Assembly: GCA_964016885.1 (NCBI GenBank)
Contig: OZ024742.1
Span: forward strand, 177,816,001-177,880,000
Reading direction: 5' to 3'
DNA from: Eledone cirrhosa
Taxonomy: Eukaryota
DNA length: 64,000 nucleotides
In this document: piece after piece, positions 38,752 through 53,049 of the stretch
Layout of the letters: every line of letters begins with the position of its first letter
How positions within the stretch are numbered: position 1 is the stretch's first letter
Notes under the pieces: generated by a model
What the model was told of the DNA's origin: nothing
Seen by the model: only the letters and a program-made list of their open reading frames with translations
Databases searched by the model: none
Translations under genes and position numbers: made by a program

Positions 38752-39513
38752 TATTATTTGGCCATTATTTTTTATGACAACATAGGGTGGAGGGAAAGGG
38801 TGACGAGCTATCTTTGAAGATAGTTTTAACCAGACTTATCGATTAATGATGAGGTTTAACCAGACCTATCTATTAATGTATTGAGTTACCCATTTAACTG
38901 TGGTCTATTTAAATTCCTTGTCGGAAAGCCGTTTTAAAACTTGCGATATGAGTATGTGAGTACAAAAACCCAGGAAATACATATTACGTTGTGTTCGATT
39001 GGATATATGTACACGTCTACTTATGAGGGTCCAATAATATACAATAATCGGTTACATATTGTACATATACACATAACTTCATCATGCACTTTAGTTGTAA
39101 TCTCATTAATTCGTAGAAATTTCTGGAGGTTGAAATCTGACGAGCTTATTGTTTCGACCCTTACCAACGGTATTGCTGGTCCACCGAGTTCACAGCGTCT
39201 CACAAACAAACCTACGTACTGTCTCTAGAGTAAAAGACATGACCGAACAATAACTTCGATCAAGTAAGTCATAACAGGTACACTTACGATTTCATGTGAC
39301 AACTAAGAGAAGGTATTGTCCCTTGTACACCAACGATGATTTCGTGAGACTAAAAAGGGAAATGAAATATGAAGTAAAAAGAAAAAGAAAGAAAAGAAGG
39401 CAAGAAGGAGAAAGTGAGAAATCGTGTTAAAACATTTGTATGTGTAAATATATATACATATATATATATATATATGTATATGTATGTATCTGTGTGTGTG
39501 TGTGCGTGTGTAA

Positions 39514-39559
<46 letters not shown>

Positions 39560-40635
39560 GAAAATAGGGAGAAAAAGACGATTATTAGGAAGAAAAAAAA
39601 AATGTTTTCCCTTTTATTTTTTTATCTTTTTTCCGGGGTAGAAAATCTTTAAAACAAAATATTTTACTTTGTGTTAAAGTATTAGTTAATTTATTTATTA
39701 ATTGACAATGGCATTTATTTATTTATTTATATATTTAATACTTGTCTATTACCGGTTTCAGCATTTTATGCATTAGCAAAGGGGGGAATTTGTATTGTAG
39801 TAAAATGTTGGTGATGTTGAACATGTTAAGGAAATAGTGAAGAAAGAATAATGTTATTTACAAACAAGGTTTTTGAAGTGAAAAAAAGGGGAGGTAATGT
39901 GGAAAGTAAAAAATAATATTATTTACAGGCATAGTTCTTGAAGATAAGCAGTTCAAAATGTTTTATTATGGCCAGAGTGCTTAGTTGATCCATGATGGAG
40001 GCAAATGTTGCCTCTATCATGGATCACACTTGCCATAATAACCCATTTCTATGAAATCCAAAATCAACAATCCTACTTGCGCAAGTATGCAAGTTATGGT
40101 GCTTGATGACCGAACTGAGGATCCATGTTATCAAAATGGTTCCGTTCTGTGACTTGACCCGGTGTGAGATGAAGCAGTAGGCCACTACTGGTAGCAGCTG
40201 ACCAATGCCTCAACTATCACGTGCTTTTTCCGAACAAGGGAAATAACCGCGGGATTTTAGCGGGCAAATTCAAGATGTAGACAAAGTAACTGTTATATAT
40301 ATATATATATACATATATATATTTATGTGTGTCTGTGTGTGCGCGCACGTGTGTGTATATATGTATATATTTTTCTTTGACATCGAGCCGGTGTATGTGG
40401 GTTGGAATGTTTGTGTACCCACTCACATTAACTGTGACTGACTGTATCCCTACAGATTTGATTGATGTCCAGCCTCTTTTGCAGCGATAGAAATCTGAAA
40501 ACTTTTATGACTTCAACTGAAGTTAATAGCAGTCGCCGTGTCTCCGACTGGTGTGTCTTCATATGAGGGAATGAATTCTGTGAGAGAACATCGTTATTTT
40601 TCTCCCTCATCTAAAGAATTTGAAGACAATTCATT

Positions 40636-40710
40636 TTCACCTGATGAGATCAGTGATAATCGATCATGGCTTCACAATCGATCTATCTTTTATTGAAACA
40701 TGTGTCGTGA
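40636..40710 (+). ncRNA. Type I hammerhead with 47-nt stem II, ~45 nt upstream of a large (TA)n block
   Basis: UCAC-CUGAUGA-GAUC..UAUU-GAAA-CAUGUG-UC-GUGA. Confidence 0.7.
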
Positions 40711-40752
40711 TTAAATGATTGGAATTTTACCTTGCCTTCTGATTTTCATTTT

Positions 40753-41447
<695 letters not shown>

Positions 41448-41767
41448 GTCTAGAATTGTTCTTCATATATTTATATCTCACGCTGTCCTCTCTCTCTCTC
41501 TCTCAGTCTCCTTCTCTCTCTCACTCTCTTTCAGCTTCTATTAACCACCAACCTCTTACTTTATATGTAATGATTTTCATAATCAAACTACATAAATAGA
41601 TAATTAATAAGGAAATTCTAATTAAGTTCACAGTTGCAAGCATATCAATGATGACGACGTGGGCAGTAAGAACAACAACTATTACCACTGTAACACTAAT
41701 ATCAACAATAACAGCAACAGAACCACCATGATCACAAACGGCAACAACGTCACCACTATTAATAGTA

Positions 41768-42200
41768 ATATTGGTTTCTTATATAGGCACAAGGCCAGCA
41801 ATTTCGGGGGAGGGAGGAAAGTCGATTAACTCGACCCCAGTGCGTGACTGGTACTTTATTTTATCGAACCCCGTAAGGATGAATGGCAAAGTGAACCTCG
41901 GCGGGATTTGAACTCAGATCAGAAAGGGGTGTAACTCTATGCTGCAAAACATGGCGTCCGGCCCTCTACCGATACTGCCAATCCACCGCCCTACCAATAA
42001 TAATTGTTTCTAATTTTGACACAAGGGCAGCAATTATTCTATTACATTACTGGTACTTTACTTTATCGACCCTGTAAGAATGAAAGGCAAAGATAACCTC
42101 GACGGGATTTGAGCTGAGTCGGTAAAGGGACGTAACTATGCTGGAGAGCATGGCGTCCAACCCTCTACCGATACTGCCAATTCACCGCCCTACCAATAAT
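41768..42200 (-). mobile_element. Two head-to-tail Nin-domain SINEs
   Basis: Two copies ending ..ctctaccgatactgccaa.ccaccgccctaccaataataat at ~41990 and ~42190. Confidence 0.85.
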
Positions 42201-42611
42201 AATAATATTAACACAAGCACCAACACTCACATCTACAACGCAAACAGCAATAGCCACAACTACAACAATAACTATAACAACAACACCAGATATAACAATA
42301 CCCTCTACAACAACAGCACCACCACCACAACACCAAAACAACGTCAATAGCAACACCACTACCACAACAATTGCATCAACAAATACACCACCACCAACAC
42401 CATCGAAAAGACCACCACCAACAACAACAACAACAAGAGTAGCACATGGATCAATGAATCTAACCAGAAAAAGCTAGATGGTTTTTGATAAAGAATAGCT
42501 AAGTGCTGTACCACGTGTCTGTGGATCACTTTCATTTCTGTCGTTTAGTAGGTTCACTTTGATGTTGTTACCTCAAACATATTTAACCAAAATCCATCAC
42601 TTCTTAAAATA

Positions 42612-42644
<33 letters not shown>

Positions 42645-42711
42645 TCACATATACACATATACACGTATACACATACATACACACATAAATGTATGCACAC
42701 ACACATATATA

Positions 42712-42761
<50 letters not shown>

Positions 42762-42804
42762 TATATATATATTAATATATATATATACACACATATATAT
42801 ATTA

Positions 42805-43527
<723 letters not shown>

Positions 43528-43831
43528 TTGACTCTGTTTTCCGTTTATTTTTCACCGAAAGTAGTTTTTGAATGCATCTTCTCTTTTCGTGATATCCGGA
43601 TTACATTGAGTTCTTCATACGGATTGGACACTACCGTAAACTTTTGGTAGATTTATCTACATATATATTTATATATATATATATATTTATATATATATAC
43701 ACACATATATATATATATATATATTAATATATATATATACACACACATATATATATTAATATATATATATACACACACACACACATATATATATATTAAT
43801 ATATAAATATATACACACATATATATATATG

Positions 43832-43952
43832 TGAAGGCGTGTGGCTGAGTGGTTAGGGAATTGGATTCGCAATCGTAAGGTTGTGAGTTCGATTCCTGTA
43901 CCAGGTGATACGTTATGTCCTTGAGCAAGACACTTTATTTCACGTTTCTCCT
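43832..43952 (+). mobile_element. tRNA-derived SINE (second family)
   Basis: A-box tggctgagtggt, B-box gagttcgattcc, core gtccttgagcaagacacttt. Confidence 0.8.
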
Positions 43953-44220
43953 TCTACCTGGAGTTGCGACCGATAGATAGTATTAGCAATTGGAAAGACC
44001 AACGGAAACATTGTTCCCTCGGGCCGATTTGACGAAAGTCGATCGTCTTCTATATATATATTAATATATATATATATATATACACACACATATATATATA
44101 TACATGTTTATATATGTGCGCGTGCGTGTGTGTGTGTATAAATACACACATACATTCACACACATTCACACACATACACATCATGGTTTATCTGCCTGTA
44201 TGAAAGTTTATGTGTGTGTG

Positions 44221-44252
<32 letters not shown>

Positions 44253-46403
44253 GTGTGCGTATGTACGTTTGTATGCATGTATGTGCATTTAATGTATAAT
44301 ATATCTCTAGGTATGTATCCCGGGTTCAATCGGAGGTGACCACACTAAGTAAGGTACTCAATACATAGCTGAGTATAACTTTTTAATATAGAAATGGCAT
44401 CTACAGGACTAGAACTGTTTTATTCGAAGGAAATCATCATATATATATATATATATATATAGGGGGGGGGCGTGCGTATGTACGTATGTATATTGTATCT
44501 CTAGATATGTATATGTATTTGTATGTATACTTGTTTGCCATTCATTTTGTTCTTGTTGCTGCTGCTGCTGCTGCTGCTGTTCAGATGTTATCAGACATCA
44601 CCCAGTTAAATATGAATGTGTCGGAATGAAAACGCAATACATATTCTACATATTATACTCACACACACGCACACACATAAGCCCCCCCCCCCTCATACAT
44701 ACATATATATATATAACCGCCCGGTTTTCTGTATACGCCCTGGAAAAAGTGGTTAATATTTTCATAAATACGCATACATCAGTATTCCGTTAACATTAAC
44801 AACTACAGCGAAATTTATTCTTCTTGAAATTTCAGAGAACTTTTCGTTTTCTTAATGTTCTGTTAGTTTAAAATGGGCCTCTGTCAGTTTTGACAATGAG
44901 AGTTACCATGTTTTAATCAACGGATCAGCCTGCTCGTGAATGTAACCAGTAGTTGGCTGAGCATTCTACAGGCACGTGTAACGTTAAAGTAATTCTCAGG
45001 GAGATTTAGCATGACACAGTGTGACTGGCAAGACTAACATATTTGAATTGAAGATAAGGTCATTGCAACGAACTTCCAACAGCTTCTCTCTACACAATTT
45101 CACTCACATGGTATGAATCACTCCGAGACTTCAAGATAATAGTTAATGTTAATTTCCCACGATGAGATGCTCTGGTATTGAACAATGATTACGAAGCGAA
45201 CATCTTAATCATTCGTCCATACTTCGTCCATTTTGCGTCCATTTTTTTTTTGTGTGTGTCTAATGTGAGAGAGAAGGACTATTACATTATTTTATCGAAA
45301 AAATTTCAAGGAAATATAATACAAGACGCAACATTGAACTGTAATCGATTATTATGGTAATTCTTAGGAAAATTAGTCCTGAACATTGAGTGAATAATCG
45401 GTAAAGAATCTGTCCTCACTTCACTGTTCACAATCATTTAAGGAATGTTGTCCGTTAACCTAGAAGCTAGAAGATACTTCAGCAAAGACAAAAATAAACA
45501 TTGAAGCTAAAAGATAATTAAAATAAGAAAAGGTGTGGTGGGAGAGAAATCATTCCCTACCTTTACACACCAACAAAATAACTGAAGAAAATGCAAGAAA
45601 CGCATTGAAATAATTTTAAAAACAAATAAATCATTGATTAGAATCCCATTAAATTATAGTTGTTAATATTTAAATCATGGTTTTGTTGAATTGATTTCAA
45701 TAATTGTTTTTTTACGTCAATGTTTTTATTCCATTTCTCACTGATTTAAAAGTATAAAACATCAACATCTCCCTTTTCAGCTCCCGGTGAAATTATTTGA
45801 ATAGAAAAATATAGCCATTGTTTCTTTTGTCAATATTGATATTTCTTTCTGCAATAATGCTATGGAAATACTAGTATAACAATTCTATTGGCTTTCAGCT
45901 GAAGGATCGTCTAACTTCAAGTTGGATTGATAGCAATGGTATTCAGAAGTGTTTGTTTATTTTAGTGGTCACAGAATGTATATGTTGATTAATAATCCTT
46001 TCTAGTAACAGAACAAAAACAACAACAATAATAAAGAAGAAGAAGAAGAAGAAGAAGAAGAAGATATATACTTATTTTCTATTCATATTAATTCTAGTTT
46101 AATTTATTATATTCTCTATGAATATAAATATGTGGGAGTGTTTGTGTGTGTCTGTGCGATTCTGAGCGTATGTGCTTATGGAGAAACACAGTCACACACT
46201 CACATTCACAAATGCATACATATGTCTTATATATATATATATGTGTGTGTGCGCGCGTGTGTGTAGTGTCTGACCAGAGGTTTTAAAGGGACTCAATTCG
46301 TTAGTAGAGTAAAGGAATTTTTATTCTCTACAGAACTAAAACTATTTCATTCAGATGAAATCACCAGGTCATACGAAGTATACAGTTCTAGTGTTGTAGA
46401 GGT

Positions 46404-46439
<36 letters not shown>

Positions 46440-46547
46440 GGGGTGGGGGTGTGGGGGTGTGTGTGTGGGTGTGGGTATGTGCGTGTGTGTGCGTGTGTGT
46501 GTGTGCGCGTGTGTGTGCGCGTGTGTGGGGGTGGGGGTGGGGGGTGT

Positions 46548-46850
46548 ATAGTGAAAGAGTGAAGAATAACATTGGTCAACAGTACAAAAAGGGTTTTATT
46601 TACAGTTTGTTTCATTAATTAAGTTGTCTACTGATGTTGTAATTTGAATTTCCCTAGTATATTACAGTCGCCATGTATAATTTTAATCAGTTTCTGATGG
46701 TTTGGTTAAGCATGCATTGTATTTAAAATTGAGTGACACAACTTCAAGTGATTAGCAATTTTTAGACAAGTTAATCAATGAAACAATTGTTAATACTGTA
46801 ATTAAACCTTTTTGTACTGTTGACCATGTTATTCTTCACTCTTTCACTAT
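46548..46850. repeat. Imperfect fold-back with ~85-bp arms
   Basis: atagtgaaagagtgaagaataacattggtcaacagtacaaaaagg versus cctttttgtactgttgaccatgttattcttcactctttcactat. Confidence 0.8.
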
Positions 46851-47089
46851 TATTACTCCAAGATTAACTTACATAGGAATTCCAGAGAACTCACGAACTC
46901 GACACCTAAGGAAACCTCTTGTTGAGTCAAACAACACCGTACGTTAAAACTATCCACAATACAGAGTATTCACAACCTCTAACTGGATTACCTTTAACGA
47001 TAATTTGTTATCCCATATATATATAATCTGTGTGTAAGTAGGTGCATGTTTGTATATATACCTATATATATATATATATATATATATAT

Positions 47090-47412
47090 TCAGGTTTGAG
47101 GTTCACCACTGGATAGAGCTGGTCAATTCCGCATGGTCAATCGCAATGTAATAATATAGAGAGTACTCAACGTAAAGCAGTTCAACCGTCTTTGTTTTTG
47201 TAGTTGGTGGTGCTATTACGGAGTTAAATGGATGGCGGTCGCCCTGGGCTCCTTGATTTTTAGCCCCATGGTTTTATCTATTACATTCACGTATTATATT
47301 TCGAATATCTGATGATATCACCGAATTCATACGGAACCCGGTCATTGAAATGATCATAGTATAATAAACCTTTCAAGGATTTACACAAATCCAGCCTCCT
47401 GTCATTTCATTA

Positions 47413-47420
<8 letters not shown>
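47090..47420. mobile_element. PLE pLTR remnant in (TA)n with hammerhead at 47305-47362 (plus); internally inverted relative to 16625-16950
   Basis: 47100-47228 matches 16633-16759 directly; 47229-47418 matches the reverse complement of 16757-16948. Confidence 0.75.
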
Positions 47421-47468
<48 letters not shown>

Positions 47469-47473
<5 letters not shown>

Positions 47474-47658
47474 GTTTCTACTTTTGGCACAAGGCCAGCA
47501 AATTACCCAGTGTATTACTGGTACTTTATTTTATCGACCCCGTAAGGATGAAAGGCAAAGTCAACCTCGGCGGGATTTGAACTCAGATCGTAAAGGGACG
47601 TAAATATGCTGGAAAGCATGGTGTCCGACCCTCTACCGATACTGCCAATCCAACGCCC
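47469..47658 (-). mobile_element. Full-length young Nin-domain SINE in (TA)n
   Basis: Complete head, B-box, core and tail. Confidence 0.9.
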
Positions 47659-48099
47659 TTATATATATATATATAATAGGGGTTCATATCGATATCCAGT
47701 GATTTCGATCTCGTTGTTTACAATTTCCTCTACAAATTTATTTGGAGCACACACATAGGATTATTTGCAATACAACATTCCCAGCCAGAAGCTCGGAATT
47801 ATTGTATCGACAGATTAACATACGAAAAGGTTAAAATATTCTAATTTCACCAATTGAAACTTTCAGTTTACTCCTAGCTTAGCACACAAAAATCCGCTGG
47901 AGTACAAAAACCTACAATTAAGCTAGTACAGTACTGTTGTGTGTGTCTGTCTGTTTGTGTGGTTGTGGGTGTGCGTGTGTTATGTGCGAACACATATATA
48001 TATATATATATATATGGGTTTGTATGGTTCGATACGTTTTTTGTAATTAATTGTAATGTTGTTCTATATGATTACATCATACCTTTCTACATATCATTA

Positions 48100-48286
48100 T
48101 GGATTGGCAGTATCGGTAGAGGGTCGGACACTAGGCTTTGACGCATAGAGTTACGGCCCTTGCCATTCTGAGTTCAAATCCCGCCGAGGTTAACTTGGCC
48201 TTTCATCCATGCGGGGTCGATAAAATAAAGTACCAGTAATGTACTGGGTATTTGCTGGCCTTGTGCCAAAAGTAGAAACAATTATT
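48100..48286 (+). mobile_element. Nin-domain SINE that seeds the adjacent tandem array
   Basis: ggattggcagtatcggtagagggtcggac..gagttcaaatcccgccgagg..ggggtcgataaaataaagtaccag..gtgccaaaagtagaaacaattat. Confidence 0.9.
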
Positions 48287-49447
48287 TCTTTTTTCGTATA
48301 GCACCAGTAATACACTGGATTAATTTCTGGCCTTGTGCCAAAAGTAGAAACAATTATTTCTTTTTTCGTATAGTACCAGTAATACACTGGATTAATTTCT
48401 GGCCTTGTGCCAAAAGTAGAAACAATTATTTCTTTTTTCGTATAGCACCAGTAATACACTGCATTAATTTCTGGCCTTGTGCCAAAAGTAGAAACAATTA
48501 TTTCTTTTTTCGTATAGCACCAGTAATACACTGGATTAATTTCTGGCCTTGTGCCAAAAGTAGAAACAATTATTTCTTTTTTCGTATAGCACCAGTAATA
48601 CACTGGATTAATTTCTGGCCTTGTGCCAAAAGTAGAAACAATTATTTCTTTTTTCGTATAGCACCAGTAATACACTGGATTAATTTCTGGCCTTGTGCCA
48701 AAAGTAGAAACAATTATTTCTTTTTTCGTATAGTACCAGTAATACACTGGATTAATTTCTGGCCTTGTGCCCAAAGTAGAAACAATTATTTCTTTTTTCG
48801 TATAGTACCAGTAATACACTGGATTAATTTCTGGCCTTGTGCCAAAAGTAGAAACAATTATTTCTTTTTTCGTATAGCACCAGTAATACACTGGATTAAT
48901 TTCTGGCCTTGTGCCAAAAGTAGAAACAATTATTTCTTTTTTCGTATAGCACCAGTAATACACTGGATTAATTTCTGGCCTTGTGCCAAAAGTAGAAACA
49001 ATTATTTCTTTTTTCGTATAGCACCAGTAATACACTGGATTAATTTCTGGCCTTGTGCCAAAAGTAGAAACAATTATTTCTTTTTTCGTATAGTACCAGT
49101 AATACACTGGATTAATTTCTGGCCTTGTGCCAAAAGTAGAAACAATTATTTCTTTTTTCGTATAGTACCAGTAATACACTGGATTAATTTCTGGCCTTGT
49201 GCCAAAAGTAGAAACAATTATTTCTTTTTTCGTATAGCACCAGTAATACACTGGATTAATTTCTGGCCTTGTGCCAAAAGTAGAAACAATTATTTCTTTT
49301 TTCGTATAGCACCAGTAATACACTGGATTAATTTCTGGCCTTGTGCCAAAAGTAGAAACAATTATTTCTTTTTTCGTATAGTACCAGTAATACACTGGAT
49401 TAATTTCTGGCATTGTGCCAAAAGTAGAAACAATTATTTCTTTTTTC
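48286..49447 (+). repeat. Tandem array of 16 x 72-bp units made of the SINE 3' end plus flanking sequence
   Basis: Unit ttcttttttcgtatag(c/t)accagtaatacactggattaatttctggccttgtgccaaaagtagaaacaattat (T-run length approximate); the antisense ORF has 16 repeats of 24 aa. Confidence 0.95.
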
Positions 49448-49552
49448 TTTCTACTCTCTTCTTTCTTCTATCGTTTTGCTACTAAAATGCTTCTCTACTC
49501 ACCTTCTTTTCTCCGGCAATGTATCCAGTTCATGCTTTTCAACCTCATTATG

Positions 49553-49699
49553 CAGGTAAAATTCCGTTATAACGAATACCATTATAACGAATATTTTAGT
49601 ATAACGAATTTTTTTTTAATCCCCGGCCATGCGCTCGAATTTTTCGTTACAATTAATTTTTTTATCTCTCGTAAATTTCGTTATAATGGAATTTCACTG
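49553..49699. mobile_element. pogo/Tigger-type MITE
   Basis: TIRs caggtaaaattccgttataacgaa and ttcgttataatggaatttcactg followed by TA; internal ttataacgaa repeats. Confidence 0.7.
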
Positions 49700-49723
49700 T
49701 ATATCATATTAATAGAAATTATA

Positions 49724-49863
49724 GTTCATTGTTTCTGAAGAAGACGGTGAGATAGATCTGGAATATCGATACTAGCAATATGTGGTGGCATAAACACTTA
49801 ATTTATAAATATATCGATTTATCATGATCGATCAACCCTCTGAAACGTTCGTAAACAATGAAC
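49724..49863 (+). ncRNA. Type I hammerhead with 100-nt stem II
   Basis: GUUCAUUGUUU-CUGAAGA-AGACGGU..ACCCUCU-GAAA-CGUUCG-UA-AACAAUGAAC. Confidence 0.8.
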
Positions 49864-49979
49864 CAATTAAGAAGATATCTTCGACTTTTCTTTTATTTTC
49901 ATTGTTCAAATCACGTATATGTACATATATACATACATATACCCACACACACACACACATATATATATAAATATATAAA

Positions 49980-50624
49980 CTAGCAGTGGTACCCAGCGTT
50001 GCACGGGATAAGGTATTTTGGAACGCGGGCCGCCAACAGACCTAATCGTGGAACAACTGTATGCCTGGAAAGAAAAAACTGTATGCCATGTAAAGAAAAT
50101 AAAGCGAATACTTTGATGGCTGGATAATCAATAAGATTTTCCTCCATGAAGCAGGAAAAATGCAGGTTTTCACCTAGGGGATCAAGAAAATGAATTTTTT
50201 TCATGTGCATATTATGCCTTGAAATTTCGGGAAAAATCGGCTAGACGTAACGCCTCAAAAAAGCCCTAAAAAGCTGAAAAAAATGTAGTTTTTCACCTAA
50301 TACGGGCCCTAGGCCATAAAAAGTTGGATTTCCTTTGCTCACGGTATGAAGAAGTGGCTGACTAATATATAGTTACAATTTCAAGGAAATCGGTCTGACG
50401 TAACGCCTCAAAACACCCTAAACGCTGAAAAAATGTTGTTTTTCACCTAATGCGGACCTAGGGGATCAAAAAGCTGAATTTGTTATGTGCATAACACTCC
50501 CGGAAACATAAGTAATACACATGTAAAGTTTGAAAAAAATCGGTTTGGTACTTCTCGAGTTTTAGGGATTCAAAGTAACAGACACACACACAGACAGACA
50601 TCCTCAGTTTTATATATATATAGA
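49980..50624 (-). mobile_element. Non-autonomous Helitron with internal ~150-bp tandem repeats
   Basis: Minus strand reads A|TCTATATATA...CCCGTGCAACGCTGGG hairpin..CTAG|T; (CTGT)-type repeat near the 5' end. Confidence 0.85.
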
Positions 50625-50727
50625 TAACAAAGAAGGTGTGGTAAGAAATCAGGTGGATCTAGCTGTCGAAACGGCCGGAGCTCAACCGTCGGGATCCTGA
50701 CTCTTTTCCTAAATATATATATATATA

Positions 50728-50910
50728 TATAATTTCTGAGAAGGCTACAAATTAAATTGTAAACTACAACTTAACAATACCAAAATGAAGGAATATTTTT
50801 TCTCTCGTGATATATATATATATATATATATCATGAGAGAAAAATATTCTTTCATTTTGGTATTGTTAAGTTCTAGTTAACAATTTTATTTGTATCTTTA
50901 TGAGAAATTT
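50728..50910. repeat. ~80-bp inverted repeat centred on a (TA)n tract
   Basis: aacttaacaataccaaaatgaaggaatattttttctctcgtga-(TA)n-tcatgagagaaaaatattctttcattttggtattgttaagtt. Confidence 0.8.
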
Positions 50911-51346
50911 TATTTTGTTTGCTTTTGCTTCTCAGTAGGTGTTTCCGTGTGATCATATATGGCCCAACATCTGTTTTACTGTGGAGGTGTCAAACTTGAC
51001 TTATTAAGATAAGGTATAAAGAGAAGAAAACCCTGCTCCATTTTTGAATAGTTTCCGGTAACGAATAAGTGGCGCCAATATGGAGAAGTGCTTAAACAGG
51101 CATGAACAACTCTCGTAATATTAATGTTATCACGTGTGGTGGTGTGATAATTGATCTATCTCTCTATATATGTTCATGCATACATTCATAAATATGCACA
51201 CACTTATATACACACACACACATATATATGCATATATATATATATACATATATGCATATGTATATAAATATGCATACATGCACAAACTAATATACAATTA
51301 CTGTATTGTATTCTTATGTATTGATTTTTTTTATATTAGCTTATCT

Positions 51347-51396
<50 letters not shown>

Positions 51397-51560
51397 TTAA
51401 ACAGGGTTCAATGAATAAATCAATGAATAAAGTTTTACAATAGATTAGAAGGACTCCAAGGGAATGGTTTTCCGGAGTTATTAATATTAATTCGAAATAT
51501 TAACAAATGCCATCACTGAATTTTAACATCTACTTAGTCAGGGAATGTCATGCATCATCT

Positions 51561-51627
51561 TATTTTATCTGATGAGGACGTATTGATGAAGATAGCTCAG
51601 TACCTCTGAAATATGTATAATAAAATA
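51561..51627 (+). ncRNA. Type I hammerhead with 32-nt stem II
   Basis: UAUUUUAU-CUGAUGA-GGACGUAUUGA..UCAGUACCUCU-GAAA-UAUGUA-UA-AUAAAAUA. Confidence 0.8.
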
Positions 51628-51731
51628 TAAAATATACTTGATCACACGAATGTCTATTTTTGTTAATATTTTGAATTAATATATGTGTGTGTGCGTGTGC
51701 GTGTGCGTGTGTGTGTGTGTGTGTATGCATG

Positions 51732-51765
<34 letters not shown>

Positions 51766-52162
51766 GTGGCTGCAAACTATGCTAAGCGTATTGGAATCGC
51801 TTGTCAGATTATAGAAAGTGGTGCACTTTTAGGCTACGGCCAGCCACACAAACCTGTAACAGATCACGAACAAGCAATGCCTGTGCTTTGAAGGTCTTTT
51901 AAGTGGCAAAAGACCTTGCACTCGACCAATCCCACTCTCTAAGCATCGAAAACACTACATGAAAAGGAGTACTGGTCAACATCATCGGATGCTTCCGAAG
52001 CCGCAGATATTTTTCAGAGTTTCCTTCTCTCAAAAAGGTGCTGTGACAACAAAAGAAAAATAATATCCGATGGCCGTTGACTCTACTGAGTTCCTCCACC
52101 CATACAAACATATATACACACACAGACATACACAAATACATACACACAAATGCACACTCACT

Positions 52163-52212
<50 letters not shown>

Positions 52213-52274
52213 CATATATATATATATTATAGTTAAAACAGAAAACAAAAACAATAACGAAGACTGCAGTACAA

Positions 52275-52510
52275 AGTGTTAGTATTAGCTTCACGCTTGA
52301 GAGTGTGCGCGGAGGACGACATTTTGGACATAAGCCATTCATCAGGAGAAAAACACGTGTTTTCTCTTGTTTTTTTTCCGTAACTTACTCTTCTTATTAT
52401 CGTCTGAATTTTGATTGATTCTTCTTTTTCTTTCTTCTGTTGAAGGATAATGTCCGAAACGCTCAGACTCTTTTCCGTCTATATTAAGCGTTAAAATAAT
52501 ACATTTTCAT
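52275..52510. repeat. Old fold-back element with decayed hammerhead motifs; related fragment at 22365-22435
   Basis: Minus ctgatgaatggcttatgtccaaaatgtc..aagcgtgaagctaatac versus plus ctgttgaaggataatgtccgaaacgctc..aagcgttaaaataatac. Confidence 0.5.
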
Positions 52511-53049
52511 TTTACTGTATATGTTTCCTGTATTTTTCTCGCGTTTACTTTCCGCATACAAATATATTTACACGCACACATATATATATACATACATACG
52601 TACGTACGTACGTATGTGCGTGTGTATGTGTGTGTGCGTGTGTTTCCGAAATGTTTTACCTGTCATTATCCTTATTTGATTAAAATTTACAAGTAAAATC
52701 TCTTCCGAATTATAATTAAATGCTTCCGACAATATTCATTCCTGGTTGATACAAATAGTCTAATAACAAAACTTCTTGACTGAACTCATTCCATTTCACT
52801 TGTTCAGCTATTTCCCTAATAAATATTAATACGGAATCTGTAAATAAGAACCGGTTTAACATCGTTAATATAAATATATACATATATTACTCTGAACATA
52901 ATGGAATCAAATTCACATTGTCACCGCCTCCGTCTCTCTCTCTATCTATCTATCTATCTATCTATCTCTCTCTTTCCATCTCTCTCTATTATAAGCAAAT
53001 GGGAGTCCACACGCTGACCCCTCCATGTCCCCGACGGACAGGATAGAGA

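Noticed and set aside
43832-43905. Possible functional tRNA gene
   Set aside because: A and B boxes are present but run into a SINE core with no proper acceptor stem.
48286-49447. Regular array resembling a CRISPR locus, and its 407-aa antisense ORF
   Set aside because: Units are identical with no variable spacers, there are no cas genes, and the context is eukaryotic. The ORF is open only because the 72-bp unit lacks a stop in one frame.
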